A stretch of 64,000 nt of DNA from Nostoc sp. (GCA_036918135.1 JBALDB010000003.1:1-64000), one strand, 5' to 3'; shown: positions 29,100 through 39,950, counted from the stretch's first letter. Notes: generated by a model from the sequence alone, not told the origin. Made by a program: numbers and translations.

Positions 29100-29354
29100 T
29101 TAGTTGAATCTTTCAACGCTGGAACTAAAAACGGGTTCTACCCGGATTGCCACGATCCGAGAAGGGCGTACTACCATATACTCTCCCTGAATATTCTTGA
29201 TCGGGACGCTAATAAAATCAGTAGAAGCAGACTTGGGCACAAGTTCCCCACTATACCACTTCTGAAACTCTTGAATAGTAGGAAAACGTACTTCTTCCCG
29301 ATGACCAGTTTCTAGTAGGAGGTATACGGCATATTCATTTGGAGTTCTAGGCAT
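29100..29354 (-). CDS. Conserved cyanobacterial hypothetical protein
   Basis: MPRTPNEYAVYLLLETGHREEVRFPTIQEFQKWY...; abuts mltA. Confidence 0.75.
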   Translation of the reverse strand: MPRTPNEYAVYLLLETGHREEVRFPTIQEFQKWYSGELVPKSASTDFISVPIKNIQGEYMVVRPSRIVAIRVEPVFSSSVERFN

Positions 29355-29674
29355 AAGATTGAATTTTTTAAAAAACATTCAACCCATTGTTAACCCAGTT
29401 ACCCGAGAATGAAAAGGGTAAGCATACGGGAGGTGGGGTAGGGGGCAGAGAGAGAATAATAACTCCTAACTCACCACGGTTTAAACGCGTACAAAAAAAG
29501 CTAATACCACTCCCATACCCAATGACCGATCGCAAATAACGAATAACTCTCCACCTTAGACGGCTAATTCTTTAACCAGTTCCTAAAAAAGTGTAAGTCT
29601 TGCATAACTCATTAATTAAGGTGTGATAACTAATTACCATTGTTGAACAACACTTAATTTAAGAGGTAAAAATT

Positions 29675-29790
29675 AAGAAACTTTACTATCGTGGTTTGAC
29701 CTATGAATACGACCCAAGCCAAGTTGGTAGCAAAAACAACAGTCGTTTTAACCAGTTCCTCAAATTGGGTCAGCTTATAATTTTAATGTA
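29675..29790 (+). pseudogene. DUF4278-family remnant (start codon lost, frameshifted, 3' end replaced by repeat fragments)
   Basis: AAGAGG RBS, then AAG-KLYYRGLTYEYDPSQVGSK; the shifted frame reads QQSF*PVPQIGSAYN. Confidence 0.55.
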
Positions 29791-29917
29791 AGTAGGTAGG
29801 CGTAAATAATTTTTGACTTTTGACTTCCGCGCAGTGGTACTAGTTTCTTTCTCAACAGACCTTGCCAAAGCTAGTAGTTGTGCCAAGATTAATTTGAGGA
29901 CTTAGGCAAGTAAGACA

Positions 29918-31306
29918 ATGTTAGGACAGTTATTAGACGGACGTTACCAAGTCCTTCAAGTTTTAGGTGGAGGAGGGTTCGGTCAAACCTACATTGCCCA
30001 AGATACCCACCGTCCAGGTTTCCCGAAATGCGTTGTCAAACACCTCAAGCCCGTTACTCGCAGCCCCGAATTTCTCGAAACTGCTAGACGGCTATTTACT
30101 AGTGAGGCAGAAACACTAGAACAACTGGGAAACCACGACCAAATCCCTCGGCTTTTAGCTTATTTTGAAGACAACCAAGAGTTTTTCTTGGTGCAAGAGT
30201 TTATTGAAGGACATACTCTCAAAGTAGAACTGCCTCCCAATCAACGTTGGACACAAGAGCAAGTGATTCAACTCCTCCAACAAATATTGGGTATTCTGCA
30301 ATTTATTCACAGCCACAACGTTATTCATCGAGATATCAAGCCAGACAATATAATCAGGCGGCAACGAGATGGTAAGTTAGTACTGATTGATTTTGGTGCG
30401 GTCAAACAAATCCAAACTCAACTGCTTACAGTTGCAGGGCAAACCGGGGCTAGTATTATTATTGGCACCCCAGGATACATGTCTACAGAACAGGGGCAAG
30501 GTAAACCCCGCCCCAACAGCGATATTTATTCCTTGGGCATTATTGGTATCCAAGCACTCACAGGTTTACATCCGGTAAACTTTGAGGAAGATCCAGATAC
30601 AGGAGAAATTTCTTGGCAGCATCAGGCTAACGTCAGTTCTGAGTTGGCATCTGTGCTATCTAAGATGGTGCTACACCACTTTAAACAGCGTTATCAGTCT
30701 GCGGCTGAAATTCTAAGGGTGCTTGAGCATCTCGATACCAGAGTAGAAGCCCAACAACCTCAACCATCATCTTTTACACAACCCCCTCAAGCTTCACTTA
30801 CTCGTCAAAATTCAATTGGATATTTCCCTACTTCTATCCTGTCTCCAGAAAATTATAATCGCTTAGAAAAAATTCTTTTGGAATTTGTCGGCCCTGTTGC
30901 CCCAAGATTACTACAACAAGTTGCGGCGTCTACGCCTAACCCTGAAGAATTAATTAGTCAATTGGCACTTCATCTGCGAGCAAATCAACAAATTGATTTT
31001 CACAAGAAAACAATATTTGTACTAGAGAAACCTACTTTACTCCAGGAATTAACTGTTAAATCCGATAGCTCTACAATTATCTCGAATAATTTATCAAACC
31101 AAGAATCTGAACTCATAACCGACAACTTTGTCGAAAAATGCGAGCGGGAGTTAGCTGATTTAATTGGCCCCATAGCTAAGTTTCTAGTCCAAAAAGCTGT
31201 CAAATCTTCTGGACAAATTTCTCGTGTAGAACTGGTGAAAATTTTAGCTTCAAAAATTCCCGAAGCTCAAAAAGCTTTACAATTTCAGCAACGCTTACTT
31301 TCTTAA
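29918..31306 (+). CDS. Hanks-type Ser/Thr protein kinase with a duplicated C-terminal helical module
   Basis: LGGGGFG, VVKHL, HRDIKPDN, DFG, GTPGYM; two C-terminal (L/F)xGP(V/I)A repeats; no TM segment. Confidence 0.92.
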   Translation: MLGQLLDGRYQVLQVLGGGGFGQTYIAQDTHRPGFPKCVVKHLKPVTRSPEFLETARRLFTSEAETLEQLGNHDQIPRLLAYFEDNQEFFLVQEFIEGHTLKVELPPNQRWTQEQVIQLLQQILGILQFIHSHNVIHRDIKPDNIIRRQRDGKLVLIDFGAVKQIQTQLLTVAGQTGASIIIGTPGYMSTEQGQGKPRPNSDIYSLGIIGIQALTGLHPVNFEEDPDTGEISWQHQANVSSELASVLSKMVLHHFKQRYQSAAEILRVLEHLDTRVEAQQPQPSSFTQPPQASLTRQNSIGYFPTSILSPENYNRLEKILLEFVGPVAPRLLQQVAASTPNPEELISQLALHLRANQQIDFHKKTIFVLEKPTLLQELTVKSDSSTIISNNLSNQESELITDNFVEKCERELADLIGPIAKFLVQKAVKSSGQISRVELVKILASKIPEAQKALQFQQRLLS

Positions 31307-31487
31307 ATTGGGGAATAGTGAGTCTGGGGAGATGCAGGAGCTAGAGGGCAGGGGAGCAGAGGGGCAGGGAGCAGGGGGAAAGAGGGTTTTCTGGTTTTTG
31401 CACAGATGCACCGAATTATAACTAATTAGGCGGACATGATATCAGTCATCAGTCAACACTCCCTGTTTGGCCAATGCCCATAACTCT

Positions 31488-32402
31488 TTAGCTTTGATTA
31501 TTCAACAGTTCCAAAGCTATTCTTAAACTAGCTTTCATGCGATTAAATGCTTCTGCCAAACCACCAATTTCATCATTAGATATCTCTTCAAAATCAGCAG
31601 TCATGTCACCAGTGCTAACTTGTTGGGCAATTTTTTCTATTCTTTTGATACGTAGAATCACAGCTTTTTTAATTAAGAAGTTAATCAAGAAAAGTATAAT
31701 TCCAAAGATAGCAATCAAAAGTATCATAATTAATATCCAAGTGCGTTTGGCGTTAGCAAAAATATCTTCGGAAGGAATAGAAATTATTTGAGCAGAAACA
31801 ATTTGATTGAGATGCCAGCCAAAACCATTTTCCGAGCCATAAGTTGCCAACTGACTTTTAGGAGCTTGCTCTGGTGTAGAATGACAGCGCAAACATTTTT
31901 GTAGTGTAATCTTTAATGGTTGAGCAATATAAAATACTTCGCCTTCTGGTAAGTTGCGAAAACCAGTAATTTCTAGAGTATTGGCTTCGTTACGAAAACG
32001 CTTCACGAGTTCAGCTTCAAAATTATCAGCTTTATCTGCTAAATTAGTTGGATTCAGTGTGGCGTCTTTATGAAAAAAGTTTTTATATTCGGGCTTTTTG
32101 CGAAAATTCTCAAAAACTTCTTTAGATGAAAAAGTGGGCACTACTTCAGGCATGAAGCTTGGGTTAGTATCTAGTCTAGGTTCTAATAAGGGATCTATAC
32201 GATTCTGTGTATAGTTTCTAACTGCATTCACCATTTCAATGAGAATCTGCGCTTGAGAAGCTACTTCATTTTGCGCTCTCCCCTGAAGTACACTAGATAA
32301 GGCGACGCCGCTTCCCAAAATACTGACGATGAAAACTAATATTAAAAGTAAGTTAAATTTAGCACCTATTTTTAAGTTTTTTAAAGTAATGTTGTTTAAC
32401 AT
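31488..32402 (-). CDS. DUF3365 (Tll0287-like) heme-c sensor with two TM helices and a HAMP domain, no output domain
   Basis: AVRNYT, ATLNPTN..DKAD, CLRCH heme motif, YGSENGFGW, HAMP DEIGGLAEAFNRM at the C-terminus. Confidence 0.85.
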   Translation of the reverse strand: MLNNITLKNLKIGAKFNLLLILVFIVSILGSGVALSSVLQGRAQNEVASQAQILIEMVNAVRNYTQNRIDPLLEPRLDTNPSFMPEVVPTFSSKEVFENFRKKPEYKNFFHKDATLNPTNLADKADNFEAELVKRFRNEANTLEITGFRNLPEGEVFYIAQPLKITLQKCLRCHSTPEQAPKSQLATYGSENGFGWHLNQIVSAQIISIPSEDIFANAKRTWILIMILLIAIFGIILFLINFLIKKAVILRIKRIEKIAQQVSTGDMTADFEEISNDEIGGLAEAFNRMKASLRIALELLNNQS

Positions 32403-32580
32403 AATCTAACCGAAGAAGGTGGTATCTTAATCTTGTTTAATATCTATTTATACCTGTTAGGATGCCCCTAATCAATGAATTAATAAATATTAATTTTTTG
32501 TGGCAATATCACCTATTTAAGCACTAATGAAGCCGCTCTAAATTAGTGTTCAAAACCGAGTTATTTCCTTACCATAATTA

Positions 32581-33462
32581 GTGATGTTTTTGCGATTTTC
32601 CCGTCGTTTTTTTCTATTTAATCTACTAGGTTTGACATTTGCTAGCTGTCAATCAGGACGGAAGTTTGAAGGGACGCTAACTATTGGCGTTCTTAACTAT
32701 GGTGGAGGCGAACAGATAATTAATCAATATGCTAAATTTAATAGTTACTTGGGTGAAAAAACAAATTCATATATTCAACTAGAGCCTGCTTTTAATGAAA
32801 ATAGAGCAGTTGAGCGCCTTGAGGCTCGTGCTTGGTCGTTGGTATTTGCTCCACCGGGTTTAGCGGCTATTGCGATCGCACGCTACCAATATGTTCCTCT
32901 GTTTCCTTTAATAGGTATTAGCGATCTGCGTTCAATTTTCGTTGTTCGCAAGGATAGCTCAATAACAGATTTAAAACAACTACAGGGTCAAACACTAGCT
33001 TTAGGTCAGTTAGGTTCGGCCACAGGATATTATTTTCCTCTTTACAATCTTTATGGTACAACACTAGCTGAAATCTTATTTGCACCTACACCAAAAGCAG
33101 CACTGGAATTGGTAGCTCAAGGAAAAGCTAGCGCCTGTGCAGTTTCGGAGGCTGAATTGAGTCTCCACGGTTCACAGTTTAGCCCGATTGAATTCCGCGT
33201 ACTTTTTAAAGATCCCCACTATGTACCACTGGGTGTGGTTTTGATTGGGCCTAATGTAGAGCGTAATCGTCAAGAATTCATTCGCAAAGTGATGAGCGAG
33301 TCGCCTTCGGGTTTAGCTCAAGAAGTTGGCTATGTACCCAATGGACAAGTACCGAATTACAAATATATGATTTCTGTGGTAGATCGAGTCAGTTCAATTG
33401 CTTCTAATTTGCAAACTAAACCCGTGCGTTTATTTGATTCAAAACTGCCAACAAACATTTAA
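32581..33462 (+). CDS. PhnD/SsuA-type substrate-binding lipoprotein (orphan)
   Basis: SRRFF twin-Arg-like leader, FASC lipobox, SIFVVRKDS, GSATGYYFP. Confidence 0.8.
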   Translation: MMFLRFSRRFFLFNLLGLTFASCQSGRKFEGTLTIGVLNYGGGEQIINQYAKFNSYLGEKTNSYIQLEPAFNENRAVERLEARAWSLVFAPPGLAAIAIARYQYVPLFPLIGISDLRSIFVVRKDSSITDLKQLQGQTLALGQLGSATGYYFPLYNLYGTTLAEILFAPTPKAALELVAQGKASACAVSEAELSLHGSQFSPIEFRVLFKDPHYVPLGVVLIGPNVERNRQEFIRKVMSESPSGLAQEVGYVPNGQVPNYKYMISVVDRVSSIASNLQTKPVRLFDSKLPTNI

Positions 33463-33863
33463 CTGACAATTCCCAAGTTGTTGTAGACTTCGATTAAATT
33501 ACCATCAGGATCGCGAAAATGAGCTGTGCGGATTCCCCAAGCTGGGCGGTCTATTGGTTGAGTGACAACAATTGCATTACTATTTTTGACTTGCTTGTAG
33601 ACCTCATCGACGTTATCAACTGCAAAAATCAAGACAATCTTATCTCGATTGACTACATATGAAGGCTGGTCGATGCTTGGGACTACTTCGCCCATTAATT
33701 CTTTTTTGAACAAACCGAGCTTGAGATATCCGCTATTAAACTCAGCATACCCGCTATTTTCATCGCCCCAATCGACATCAAATTTTAGCAAATCTCGGTA
33801 GAACAGAAAAGAATCTTTGTAGTTGGAGACAAGCAGTCTCAAGTGTGTTAGCTGAAGCTTCAT
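33459..33863 (-). CDS. VOC/glyoxalase family protein
   Basis: HLRLLVS...FYRDLL...WGIRTAHFRDPDGNLIE. Confidence 0.9.
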   Translation of the reverse strand: MKLQLTHLRLLVSNYKDSFLFYRDLLKFDVDWGDENSGYAEFNSGYLKLGLFKKELMGEVVPSIDQPSYVVNRDKIVLIFAVDNVDEVYKQVKNSNAIVVTQPIDRPAWGIRTAHFRDPDGNLIEVYNNLGIVS

Positions 33864-33878
33864 AGTGGCCTTAGTCTA

Positions 33879-34475
33879 CTAACTGTGAATTCTAGGTTCT
33901 GGATGCAAAGTCGCCAGCAACTCGCTTTCGACAATTGCTAATTCATCAAGGCGTTGGATGACAATTTCTTTGTCGAAGTAAGTAGCAGCTAAAACCCAAT
34001 ATATACCGTAGTGACGCGCTTCGGATGACATCAGGCCACGATAAAATTTTGCTAATTCTGGCTCCGGACAGTAAGCAGCTAATAATCCCAGGCGTTCGTG
34101 AGAGCGAGCTTCAATTAAGCCAGTAACTAGTAAAGAATCCAAAAATCGCTGAGGTTCTTGAGGGCGTACAGCAGCTTTTAAACCCGCACCGTAGGGAGGT
34201 GGTGGTAGGGGAGCCAGAGGAATATTCCGACGTTCTAACCATTGGTTAACTAGCTCAAAGTGTTCTAGTTCTTCGCGGGCGATCGCTGTTAACTCCCGCA
34301 CCATCTTAGTATTAGAAGGGTAGCGAAACATGAAGTTCAAGGCTACGCCTGCGGCTTTACGTTCGCAGTGGGAGTGGTCGAGTAAAATGATGTCTAAGTT
34401 GGCGATCGCTTGTTCGATCCAAGCAGAACTCGTGGGCTGTTTCAGGGCATTGATAGTTGGTAACTGAGTAAGCAC
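33879..34475 (-). CDS. miaE: tRNA-(ms2io6A37) hydroxylase
   Basis: DHSHCERKAA, EELEHF, IEARSHER, SEARHY, C-terminal RIHS. Confidence 0.92.
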   Translation of the reverse strand: MLTQLPTINALKQPTSSAWIEQAIANLDIILLDHSHCERKAAGVALNFMFRYPSNTKMVRELTAIAREELEHFELVNQWLERRNIPLAPLPPPPYGAGLKAAVRPQEPQRFLDSLLVTGLIEARSHERLGLLAAYCPEPELAKFYRGLMSSEARHYGIYWVLAATYFDKEIVIQRLDELAIVESELLATLHPEPRIHS

Positions 34476-34580
34476 ATCACAAAACTCCTGAATTGCAATT
34501 TGGCTGAGTACTCCAGCAAATAGTTTATATCATGTCCGCCAAAATTCAGCAGTTTTTATTATGTTTTGAAGAATCGCAAT

Positions 34581-34673
34581 TATAGCAGGAGGCAGGGGGC
34601 AGGAGGTAAAAACATTACTCTTGCTGACATTCACGCTTATTATAATGTCCTAACTTACATGACTACGGCGATA
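34581..34673. mobile_element. MITE-like element (TATAGC...GACTACGGCGATA)
   Basis: Reverse-orientation relative of 40002-40100. Confidence 0.5.
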
Positions 34674-34683
34674 ACTTGATGGC

Positions 34684-35553
34684 TTAATCTTCCTGTTTCA
34701 AAATGCGTTTTGCTTGCAAAAGTTGTTGCTTGTGTTCTTCACTGACTATCGGGTATTTCAAATTCAGTTCTTCTAGTTTTGTGCAGATGATATTCGCAAC
34801 TACCAGGCGTGTAAGCCATTTGCGATCGGCAGGAATAATATACCAGGGTGCCCATTTTGTACTAGTATTATTGAAAACTTCTTCATAAGCTTCCATATAA
34901 TCATCCCAAAAAGCTCTTTCTTTGACATCGTTTGCTGAAAATTTCCAATTTTTTTCTGGAGCCTCAATCCGTTGTAAAAAGCGTTTTTTCTGCTCTTTTT
35001 TGGAAACATTTAGAAAAAACTTTAGAATAATTACACCATTATCTACTAAATATTTTTCTAGATTGTTAATCTCTTGAAAACGTTGCTTCCAAATCTGATT
35101 TCCGTCAGGAAAGTTGGGCAGTTGTTGCTTTCTCAGCATTTCTGGATGGACGCGAACCACTAATACTTCTTCATAATATGAACGGTTGAATACACCAATA
35201 CGTCCTCTTTCTGGCAAAGCCTTTATTGTTCGCCACAAGTAGTCATGGTCTAATTCTTCTGCACTTGGGCCTTTAAAACTAAACACCTGAAATCCCTGTG
35301 GATTCACACCAGACATCACATGTTTAATTGTGCTATCTTTTCCCGCAGCATCCATTGCTTGAAAAACAATTAATATAGCATAGGTGTTTTGAGCATAAAG
35401 AATATTTTGGTAATTTGCTAATCGTTGAATATCTGCCTGTAATTTACTTAAAGCATCGGTTTTTTGATAAAAATCAGTTTTATAAGCTGGGTCATAGTTT
35501 TTTTTAAGAGAAATTTTTGAACCTGGTGGAACTATAAAAGCATCATAATTCAT
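34684..35553 (-). CDS. ppk2: Polyphosphate kinase 2 family (class III-like) protein
   Basis: [32 protein letters not shown]. Confidence 0.92.
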   Translation of the reverse strand: MNYDAFIVPPGSKISLKKNYDPAYKTDFYQKTDALSKLQADIQRLANYQNILYAQNTYAILIVFQAMDAAGKDSTIKHVMSGVNPQGFQVFSFKGPSAEELDHDYLWRTIKALPERGRIGVFNRSYYEEVLVVRVHPEMLRKQQLPNFPDGNQIWKQRFQEINNLEKYLVDNGVIILKFFLNVSKKEQKKRFLQRIEAPEKNWKFSANDVKERAFWDDYMEAYEEVFNNTSTKWAPWYIIPADRKWLTRLVVANIICTKLEELNLKYPIVSEEHKQQLLQAKRILKQED

Positions 35554-35566
35554 CTATAAAATCTCC

Positions 35567-36043
35567 TCATTTTCGCCGTTTTGGGAGTGGACGCATAGCT
35601 TCACGACCTAAGATAAACATTCCTGCAATTCCTAAACTCACAAACCAAACATATTGATACCAATATTGCCGAATCTGCTCTACTGTATTCAGTTCTGGAT
35701 GCAAAGTGTTTAAGTACAACAGTAGTACTAGGATCATCAGCGCTCCAAAACCAATAAAGCTTAAGCCAGTACAAATTCGTGCAGGTCGCAGTTCAAAATC
35801 ACTAATATTGTCTAGGTCAATTTCTACTAGTTCTTTAAAAGAGTCATCTGCTAAAAATGAGGTTGTTTGCAATCTATTACTGAGTTTAGGTGGTAAAATC
35901 GGCGCTAGTATTGCTACAGTTGGGTGGCGTAGCAAAGCCTCAGTGTTTCGCAGCAATTCTAGTGGTTTACGAGTAGTAGTTGGTTGAGCAAACTCTATAT
36001 TATCTGTAGCAGTCGAAGCTTTGGCTTTACTTTCAAAATCCAT
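35567..36043 (-). CDS. Hypothetical two-TM membrane protein
   Basis: ORF with two hydrophobic helices near the C-terminus; ATG at 36043 with GAGG upstream. Confidence 0.65.
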   Translation of the reverse strand: MDFESKAKASTATDNIEFAQPTTTRKPLELLRNTEALLRHPTVAILAPILPPKLSNRLQTTSFLADDSFKELVEIDLDNISDFELRPARICTGLSFIGFGALMILVLLLYLNTLHPELNTVEQIRQYWYQYVWFVSLGIAGMFILGREAMRPLPKRRK

Positions 36044-36115
36044 AGCACGCCTCAGAAAAACTAAGATATACATAGCGTAGCGAATCAGGGGTAAAGGAGT
36101 CAAAATAATTCGTAA

Positions 36116-36209
36116 TACTTCGACTTCGCCCTTCTTTTTCAGAGACGCTTGCGCGTAGCTTGCTTAAGAGCAGGGGTACGGCTACGCTCTCCCAAGGCTC
36201 AGTACAAGT
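36116..36209 (-). repeat. Nested small dispersed repeat inside a TTCGTAA heptamer tract
   Basis: Reverse complement ACTTGTACTGAGC...CCCCTGC..AGCAAGCTACGCGCAAGCGTCTC...GTCGAAGTA. Confidence 0.7.
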
Positions 36210-36312
36210 TCGTAATTCGTAATTTTTAGTAAGAATTAAAAACTCAGAGACTATTTATAAAGTAAATCTTTAGGTAGGGTGTGTTAGAGTCGGAATTTTT
36301 AAGTCTATATTA

Positions 36313-37587
36313 TTATTCATCCATCTCTTTTAATGTAGCTAATGCTGATGGAGATAAGCGGCTGAGATAGCGGAATATCCAGTATTTAAAGATAGTATCT
36401 AAAATTACAGGAAATGTAGCAATAAATAAATAGATTGCGCTGTTATTGGCTGGCAAACCTAAATGTTCTGCTAATCCTTCTAGAATAATTTCCCAGCCAT
36501 GCGGCGAGTGGAATCCTACAAATATATCTGTAAACAAAATAATTAAAAATGCTTTAGCACTATCGCTAAGACCATAGACAATATTATCTATAAATGACTT
36601 AACAATTACAATTTCCTTCTTGCTCAGACTGATAACTAAACCAAAAGAAATTAATGAGATTAAATCAGCAAAAATATTACTAATACTAAGACTACTTTTA
36701 ATCCGAAATTCTTCAGCAATCTCAAATGCTTTGTCTTTTATCTTTTCTTGTACTTCCTCTGAAGATAATTTTGGTGCTTGAGTTATAAAAGATTCAAACC
36801 TGAGTGCTGCTTGAAAATTCTGTAATTCATGGAGAGCTTCTTTTTCCATATCAGAATTAATAAAAATCTGAGTTGTATTCTCTCCCCTAATTCGTTCTAC
36901 TATGGGATTTACTATAAATTCTTTAGATAAATACTGTGTCAAAATAGGTACAATAATTAGAATCAGGAAAAATCTCAGGGCAATTCTTGTCCTATTTCTA
37001 GACGAGCGGTAATTTCTGGTGAAATTTTCTTCTGCATGAGGAGAAAAATCTCCTTTAATTACATTAAGACTTCTACCAATAGAACCGGGGAAAACTCCAG
37101 TTTTCTGAAATGGAGATGTAGTGTTAATATCTTTGATATTAATTGAGTCTGATTGTTTGTTGATTTTGCTCTGGCTAGTTTGTAAGGGCTGATAATTAAC
37201 GAGTTGATTTTTGATAGCGTACCTCTCTACAACTTCATCAATAACTTTCAATTTTTCTAACAAGACAGAGTTAGAAATGTCAATAATTTTCCGACTCAGT
37301 GTGAATTCTGCTAGCCTAATCTTGATAAGAGTTAAGTTTTTATCAAGGTAGACTTGCCAATAAGACATCATATTTTCAGTATATTTTCCTGATGCTGAAG
37401 AGATTTTATTGCCATAAAAATGTTCAATCTCAATATTTTTGATTCTCTGAGCTGCTTCGTAAGCTTCTAGGAGCGACCTTTCTGGTGTATTTAAAAACCA
37501 ACGGTTGGGCGGTCGCAAATATTCTTTCAGCTTTTGATAAAGTAATTCTGCTCTTGTTGCGAATGACTTTCTCATAACATATCTCAT
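36313..37587 (-). CDS. pcxA: Proton extrusion protein PcxA (CemA family)
   Basis: TPERSLLEAYEAA, YGLSDSAKAFLIILFTDIFVGFHSPHGWE, FPVILDTIFKYWIF. Confidence 0.88.
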   Translation of the reverse strand: MRYVMRKSFATRAELLYQKLKEYLRPPNRWFLNTPERSLLEAYEAAQRIKNIEIEHFYGNKISSASGKYTENMMSYWQVYLDKNLTLIKIRLAEFTLSRKIIDISNSVLLEKLKVIDEVVERYAIKNQLVNYQPLQTSQSKINKQSDSINIKDINTTSPFQKTGVFPGSIGRSLNVIKGDFSPHAEENFTRNYRSSRNRTRIALRFFLILIIVPILTQYLSKEFIVNPIVERIRGENTTQIFINSDMEKEALHELQNFQAALRFESFITQAPKLSSEEVQEKIKDKAFEIAEEFRIKSSLSISNIFADLISLISFGLVISLSKKEIVIVKSFIDNIVYGLSDSAKAFLIILFTDIFVGFHSPHGWEIILEGLAEHLGLPANNSAIYLFIATFPVILDTIFKYWIFRYLSRLSPSALATLKEMDE

Positions 37588-37749
37588 TAATTTACAGGAT
37601 TTAGCAGATTTAAATAAGCATTAATAATGGGTAATTTTTGTTGAAAAAAATTATTAATTATTCCCTAACACTTATAAGATAAATCTGTTATTTTGATTGT
37701 ACACTGAATAAAGAAGTAGGTACACCCCAAAGGCGAGTTTCCAGGATTT

Positions 37750-38407
37750 TCAACTTAAGTCTACCGGTATTATAAGTATAAAAGACTGATAAGTAAAAAA
37801 TATCCCACTGTTCATTTTCTCTACGGTTGGTAAGAAGCGATCGTAATCCTCTATTGCTGCTGAATAGATAATGAAGTATGCTTGATTGTTCTTTAAAGTC
37901 CAAAATTGTAAATTTTTTAAACTCTTTTCTCCATCTTTGTTGATGAAAATCAATTGATTAGCTTGTTTATTTGCTAAAGTCATTTCACTTGTATCTATAA
38001 TAGTCGGTCAAATAAAGTAGCTTTAATTTCATTACTAAATAAATCTTGCAATCCCTTTTTACTCAACCGCTTACCTAGAGGAGGTATTACTTGGCTGATG
38101 TCACGATCTGCAATAAATTCTTCAACTAAATAAAATTCTTGATTCTCTTGAAGTGAGCCGATAATTGAGGGATTTGATTATGCTTTCCTAAAGTTTGTAG
38201 AATTATCACTTCCCGGTCAAACAAACGTTTGGCTTCCCTGAAAGTGTATGCATCAGTAGAGAGTAGTTTAAAATGCTTAATAATGCACTGCGGATTTCTC
38301 GCTGTTTGCATGTCTTGACCTAAAAAAGTCGTACCAAATTCTCCTTGTCCTAGTTGGGTGAGAATTTGGTAGCGTCCACCGATGGTTTGACCCTGGATTA
38401 AATTCAC
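37750..38407 (-). pseudogene. Ser/Thr kinase pseudogene (frameshifted, internally deleted) with a PsbP/DcrB-like C-terminal remnant
   Basis: Kinase subdomains I-IV in 38126-38407; the shifted frame continues QEFYLVEEFI; HRD and DFG are absent; fragment TLANKQANQLIF...WTLKNNQAYFIIY. Confidence 0.8.
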
Positions 38408-38559
38408 CCCTTCTCCTGGAATTAATTACTCAGCAATTTTGTTAATCTTGATTTTTGCACATAATAAAGTGCTAGGTGGTGAGTTAAAAGTGAGGATTTA
38501 GGAGTTATTCTTTCTACACTTCCTATTTTTCAAGCAGTAAATTAAGTGACGATTGGCTT

Positions 38560-39768
38560 ATGAGTTTGAGTCTGTGCATGATTGTGAAAAACGAAGCAGC
38601 AACATTGCCTAAATGCCTAAGCAGTGTGAACAAAGTGGTAGATGAAATGGTAGTGTTGGATACAGGCTCAATCGATCGCACTCCTTATATTGCCCAAGAG
38701 TTTGGGGCGAAAGTATATCATTTTAAATGGTGCGATGACTTTAGTGCCGCCCGCAATGCAGCTTTAAAATATGTAACTGGTGATTGGATTTTGGTGTTAG
38801 ATGCTGATGAAACTCTCACACCAGGAATTGTACCGTTATTGCAAGACACAATCGCCAGGGATGAATACCTGTTACTCAACCTTGTCCGCCAGGAAGTTGG
38901 TGCAGAACAATCTCCCTATTCTCTGGTTTCAAGATTATTCCGCAATCATCCAGATATTCGCTTTGACCGTCCTTACCATGCCTTAGTCGATGATAGCGTG
39001 TCAGCAATTTTAACTAAAGAACCCCACTGGCAGGTAGGTTATTTACCAGGAGTGGCAATTCTTCACGTAGGATATCAAAAAAGTGCGATCGCTCAAAATA
39101 ACAAATATGCCAAAGCCGCCACAGCGATGGAAGGATTTCTCGCCACTCATCCTCATGACCCCTATGTTTGCAGTAAATTGGGGGCGTTGTATGTGCAAAC
39201 TGGCAAAATTCCTCAAGGAATGGAGTTACTCAGACGAGGACTACAGCACATCAGTGAAACTCATGCAGCTGGGGAAGAAAACTACGATATTTTGTACGAA
39301 CTCCACTATCATCTAGGCATTGCCTACAGTCGCTTAAAAAATTATCCACAGGCAATCTATCACTATCAAGCTGGGATTAAATTGCCAATTTATCCCATGC
39401 TCAAACTAGGAGCATACAACAATTTGGGCAACTTATTCAAAGCAGCAGGAGATTTCAACGGTGCGAAAACTGCTTATATCGCAGCTTTGAAAATCGATCC
39501 GAGTTTTGTGTCGGGATATTATAACCTGGGAATGACATTTAAAGCTTTGGGTTTATTTTCAGATGCGATCGCTTGTTATCAAAATGCGATCGTCTTAAAT
39601 CCCAACTATGCCGAAGCATATCAAAATCTAGGCGTAGTCTTGCTCAAAGCTGGCAATCATCAAGAAAGTTTAACAGCTTTTAAAAGAGCGATCGCACTTC
39701 ACGAAAGGCATAATCCCCAAGAAGCCAACAGACTACGCCAGGGGTTGCAAGAGATGGGAGTGATGTAG
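38560..39768 (+). CDS. Family 2 glycosyltransferase with TPR repeats
   Basis: LSLCMIVKNE, VLDTGSID, DFSAARN, LDADE; C-terminal TPRs. Confidence 0.9.
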   Translation: MSLSLCMIVKNEAATLPKCLSSVNKVVDEMVVLDTGSIDRTPYIAQEFGAKVYHFKWCDDFSAARNAALKYVTGDWILVLDADETLTPGIVPLLQDTIARDEYLLLNLVRQEVGAEQSPYSLVSRLFRNHPDIRFDRPYHALVDDSVSAILTKEPHWQVGYLPGVAILHVGYQKSAIAQNNKYAKAATAMEGFLATHPHDPYVCSKLGALYVQTGKIPQGMELLRRGLQHISETHAAGEENYDILYELHYHLGIAYSRLKNYPQAIYHYQAGIKLPIYPMLKLGAYNNLGNLFKAAGDFNGAKTAYIAALKIDPSFVSGYYNLGMTFKALGLFSDAIACYQNAIVLNPNYAEAYQNLGVVLLKAGNHQESLTAFKRAIALHERHNPQEANRLRQGLQEMGVM

Positions 39769-39913
39769 GAGAAGGGAGTGTGGGGAGTGTGGGGAGATAA
39801 GAGAATTTTTGAGAATAACTTCTAACTCCTAACTCGTCTCCCCTAGTTTTCCCCGATTGTTTTTTAATCTAAAAACATCGACTTATGGAAACCAGTTATA
39901 GAGTAAACCTTAA

Positions 39914-39950
39914 GTAGGGTGTGTGACGGGTTTAGCCTAACGCACCCTAC
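39914..39950. repeat. REP-like palindrome
   Basis: GTAGGGTGTGT...ACGCACCCTAC. Confidence 0.55.
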
